NCBI RefSeq assembly: GCF_018350175.1
Contig: NC_058375.1
Location: 35,278,001 to 35,342,000 of the forward strand
Length of the DNA stretch: 64,000 nucleotides
From: Felis catus
Lineage: Eukaryota
Direction of reading: 5' to 3'
Positions 33,023-64,000 of this stretch are shown here, piece by piece. Below the pieces are notes generated by a model. It was not told where the DNA came from and searched no databases. It worked only from the letters and a program-made list of their open reading frames with translations. How positions within the stretch are numbered: the first letter of the stretch is position 1; every line of letters begins with the position of its first letter. A program made the position numbers and the translations under genes.

Positions 33023-35669
33023 CTTCCCATACCCACTCCCCCTTCCTCAGACACATTTAACTATTTAGAAAGCAGTATACAAAGGCCTGGCTTACTACCT
33101 CTTTAGGGGTAGGGACAGCTGTGGATAAAGAAAGTATGTTCTCTGCAATTCTCTGGAAATAGAAACAGCTTATAAACTGGCCTGTGTGGGCCCCCAGATT
33201 GTTGTTGGGGCTCCGGCTAAAGACATCCTCCTCCCCCCCCCCCCCTCCATAAATGGGAGTGGGATACGAAGACTAATGTGATGAAGGACTGGGAAGAAGT
33301 TCAGCCTCTGGCCTTGGGAACAAGTTTGGAGGGCAGTCCTGACAGTCCATCCCCTTACAGGCTCAGGAACTCTTGCCAGCAGGTGGGGGTGAGGTGTTAC
33401 TGGGGGAGGGGTTCCTGGAGTAGTAGACATCAGATTTTGTCTGACCTGGCAAGCTCCCAGAACCCTTGTTGCTCAACACTTCCCCAGAGTCCTCCTTGAT
33501 TGGCACTGAAAGCCTCCTTCCTTCTCTCTTCCACTTCCCTCCTGGAGCATCACTGGGAGAGGCAGAACAGGTAACTCTCTTACCTGCCTGCCTCTTCTGG
33601 CTTCTGTCTCATAGAGAGGTGGCTGGCAGTGGAAATTCAGTTGCTCACTGTATTTTAGATATATACAAACTCTCTGTAAGCTGCTGCCAAAAGGAAACAA
33701 AAATGGTCCCAGCCTTCTGGCAGACAAACAGAGCAAAGGGAAGAGAAATCAAAGCATCTTGGGCATTCAGCCAATCCTGGAGTTGTTGGAGACAATAGTA
33801 GCACTGTCCTGGGCTGGGGGCTGTTCCCAGCTGGGACTTAAACTTAGCAAGGCCTTCCCCTGGGAAATCTTACCTTGTCCTGTTTTCTCCAGCTCCCCTT
33901 TCCAAGTCCTGCTCATGGGTTTGTGCAAGGGAAAGCAGAGAAGTCTTTCCTCTACCTTATGTCAGGGATTCCAAGGGCTCAGTGGGGGAAGATGAGGAAG
34001 GGGTTTGGGAAGGCTCTAGGACAGTTTAATCAATCCCTTCTCTTCCCTTCCTTCCAAACCTACCTAGTTTCACCCCCTTGCTGTTCAGAAGAAGCAGTTT
34101 TCTGGCCTCTTGGGCCACCCAGATCCCAAGGGTCAGAAAGCTCAGAGAGGGGACAGAACCTGAGAATGGAAAGATCCTTTAAAAGTTATCCAGTCACTTT
34201 CCCGTTTTGCAGATGTGGAAACACAGGGACAGAGGAGAGGCAAGATTTGGCCAAAGCCAAACAACATTTCAGGGGGCAGGTCTTCTTCCATCCAGCATCA
34301 TCTGAACTCTACAGATTTCGTTTCCAAAGGGGACCACCCTGGGCACTGCCACAGCTCTTTACCCCCACCTCTCCCCACAGTCCTATCCATCTCAACCACT
34401 TCTACTGAGCCATTTCAGCTCCTGTCTGATTAGGGCAAATTTTCAGGAACCTTGTTCTGGCCAGTGGTAGGAGTGTGGAGCTCTAGAGCTCCCAAGAAGG
34501 CTGGTGGAGGTGGAGATCCTTTAGGGTAGAAATGCTCATCTAGTCTCTCACAAGTTCAATGAGAACAGCACTAAGATTCAGGCAAGATTACTCAAATGAA
34601 CTTTAGAGACTTCAGATTTTTGAAGTGATGTAGAAACCAGTATTTCAAATCATTCTTTATAATTACTGCCACCCACAGTGAGCACATCAAGGGAAACCTT
34701 TACTTTGATAATTCTAGGAGGTGAAATCCACCCCAGGAACCACTTTTATCTTCCACCAAACACCTGCAGGTTGTAAAAGTAGTGCAGGGAGAGGCAAGAG
34801 CAGAGTGTATGTGTGTTTGGGAGTGGGGGTGGTGAAGGGAAGGTGGATAGAATTCCAGAAGGGCTGTGAGTATGGAAATCTCACTTCTTAATTATCTGAA
34901 GCAGGAGAGTCAGTATAATTAGGATATAAAGGAGCGTAGCTGGAGAAGAATTAGGAAGAATTTCAACCATGATATAGGTTCCTGGCGCTTATTTTCCAGG
35001 TTGGACAGACTTTAGTCTTCTCCTCACTGAGGGAAGGCGAGAAGGAGTCTGTCTGGCTTCACAAACCATGACTTTCTCTTACTGCTCTTGCAGCCACTAA
35101 AACCAGTGGAGTTAGGCTTGTCGGCTAGGCCAGGGCTGTCTCCTGCTTATTCTGAGTCTCCAAAAGGTAACAGTTGACCTGGAGAAACTGCCTAGAGACT
35201 GGGAGGTGGGGAGTGAATGGCAGGTGAGGCTGGGGGTGGGGTGGTGGCAGGGGCTGGCAATCTGTTTGCCAGGTATGGGAACACAGCAGTAAGTCATGGG
35301 CTGAGGACTAGGGGCCACGCTGCCCAAATCGGCAACTGTAGAAGGAGCTTGATGTACAGAGGTGGCACTGTCAGCAGCTATGCCTATGGGTCTAGAAAGC
35401 CTGATTAGGGTCAGGAACTGAAATAGTCCCAAGTCCTTTCAGTAAGCAGATACTTTTATGGACGAGGCTGGGACAGCCAGTCAGAAAGCAGACCTTCTAT
35501 GAGCTTTACCCTTGATAACCACAGTACACAAGAGCTAGCTACACACTGGCTCTAGATGTTTTTTTTCCCATGTGACTCATGAACACACACTGTGTATCCC
35601 TGGAGCCCACCTGATATGGAGCTTGGGACTACCCCACAAGTCTCCACCATGCCTTTGGGAGCCCTTCTC

Positions 35670-35780
35670 TCTCTTTTTTCAGTTCATTTAAGTAAACTCT
35701 ACACCCAATGTGGGGCTCAAACTCGGAACCTTGAGAACAAGAGCCTCATGCTCTACCGACTGAGCCAGCCAAGTGCCCCA
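35670..35780 (-). mobile_element. Short Can-SINE directly downstream of the EIF2B3 poly(A) signal
   Basis: Minus head GGGGCACTTGGCTGGCTCAGTCGGTAGAGCATG. Flanking near-repeat TGGGAGC(C/A)CTTCT. Confidence 0.8.
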
Positions 35781-35792
35781 TGGGAGCACTTC

Positions 35793-35798
35793 TTTATT
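35793..35798 (-). terminator. EIF2B3 polyadenylation signal AATAAA
   Basis: TTTATT on plus, 87 nt downstream of the stop codon. Confidence 0.75.
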
Positions 35799-35884
35799 GG
35801 GAAATAAATACAGAGTCAAACAGGTGGGCCAGCCAACATCTGTAGTTCTGGGGGCCAAGAGAAAGGAGTCCAACTTTTCAGAAC

Positions 35885-63894
<28,010 letters not shown>

Positions 63895-64000
63895 TCAAAT
63901 ATGAGAAATCTGACTGTCTGGATCCTATGGGATCAGAAACTCTGTGTATGTCATGCCACCACGGGACTGACAGAGATCAAAAGTGACCTGGATTTGGTAG

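Noticed and set aside
35355-35372. CTCF-like motif between EIF2B3 and the PTCH2 upstream region
   Set aside because: Only a partial match by eye (CAGAGGTGGCACTG); not supportable without a PWM scan or ChIP data.

Overview
Mammalian genomic DNA from a feliform carnivore, most likely a felid (dense Can-SINE/SINEC_Fc-type repeats). It is syntenic with the human 1p34.1 block PLK3-DYNLT4(TCTEX1D4)-BTBD19-PTCH2-EIF2B3. The window holds the 3' UTR end of PLK3 (+), the single coding exon of DYNLT4 (-), complete BTBD19 (+, 8 exons, 291 aa), complete PTCH2 (-, 22 exons, about 1207 aa, parts of exons 15-16 masked by N) and the last six coding exons of EIF2B3 (-). Main non-obvious signals: (1) a variant U5 snRNA gene between BTBD19 and PTCH2 with a full snRNA promoter (PSE, octamer+SPH+GC-box DSE) and 3' box; (2) two independent ~0.6 kb L1-derived insertions that start at exactly the same nucleotide, suggesting a short non-autonomous element family; (3) an intronic-polyadenylation isoform of EIF2B3 with a basic C-terminal tail; (4) several GLI sites around PTCH2; (5) a ZNF143-motif cluster at the BTBD19 3' end; (6) small retroposition oddities (tailless U6 fragment, poly(A)-only insertion, SINE at the EIF2B3 cleavage site). 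Gene identities and repeat family names come from recall and were not database-checked. Repeat boundaries are approximate unless target-site duplications (TSDs) are given.
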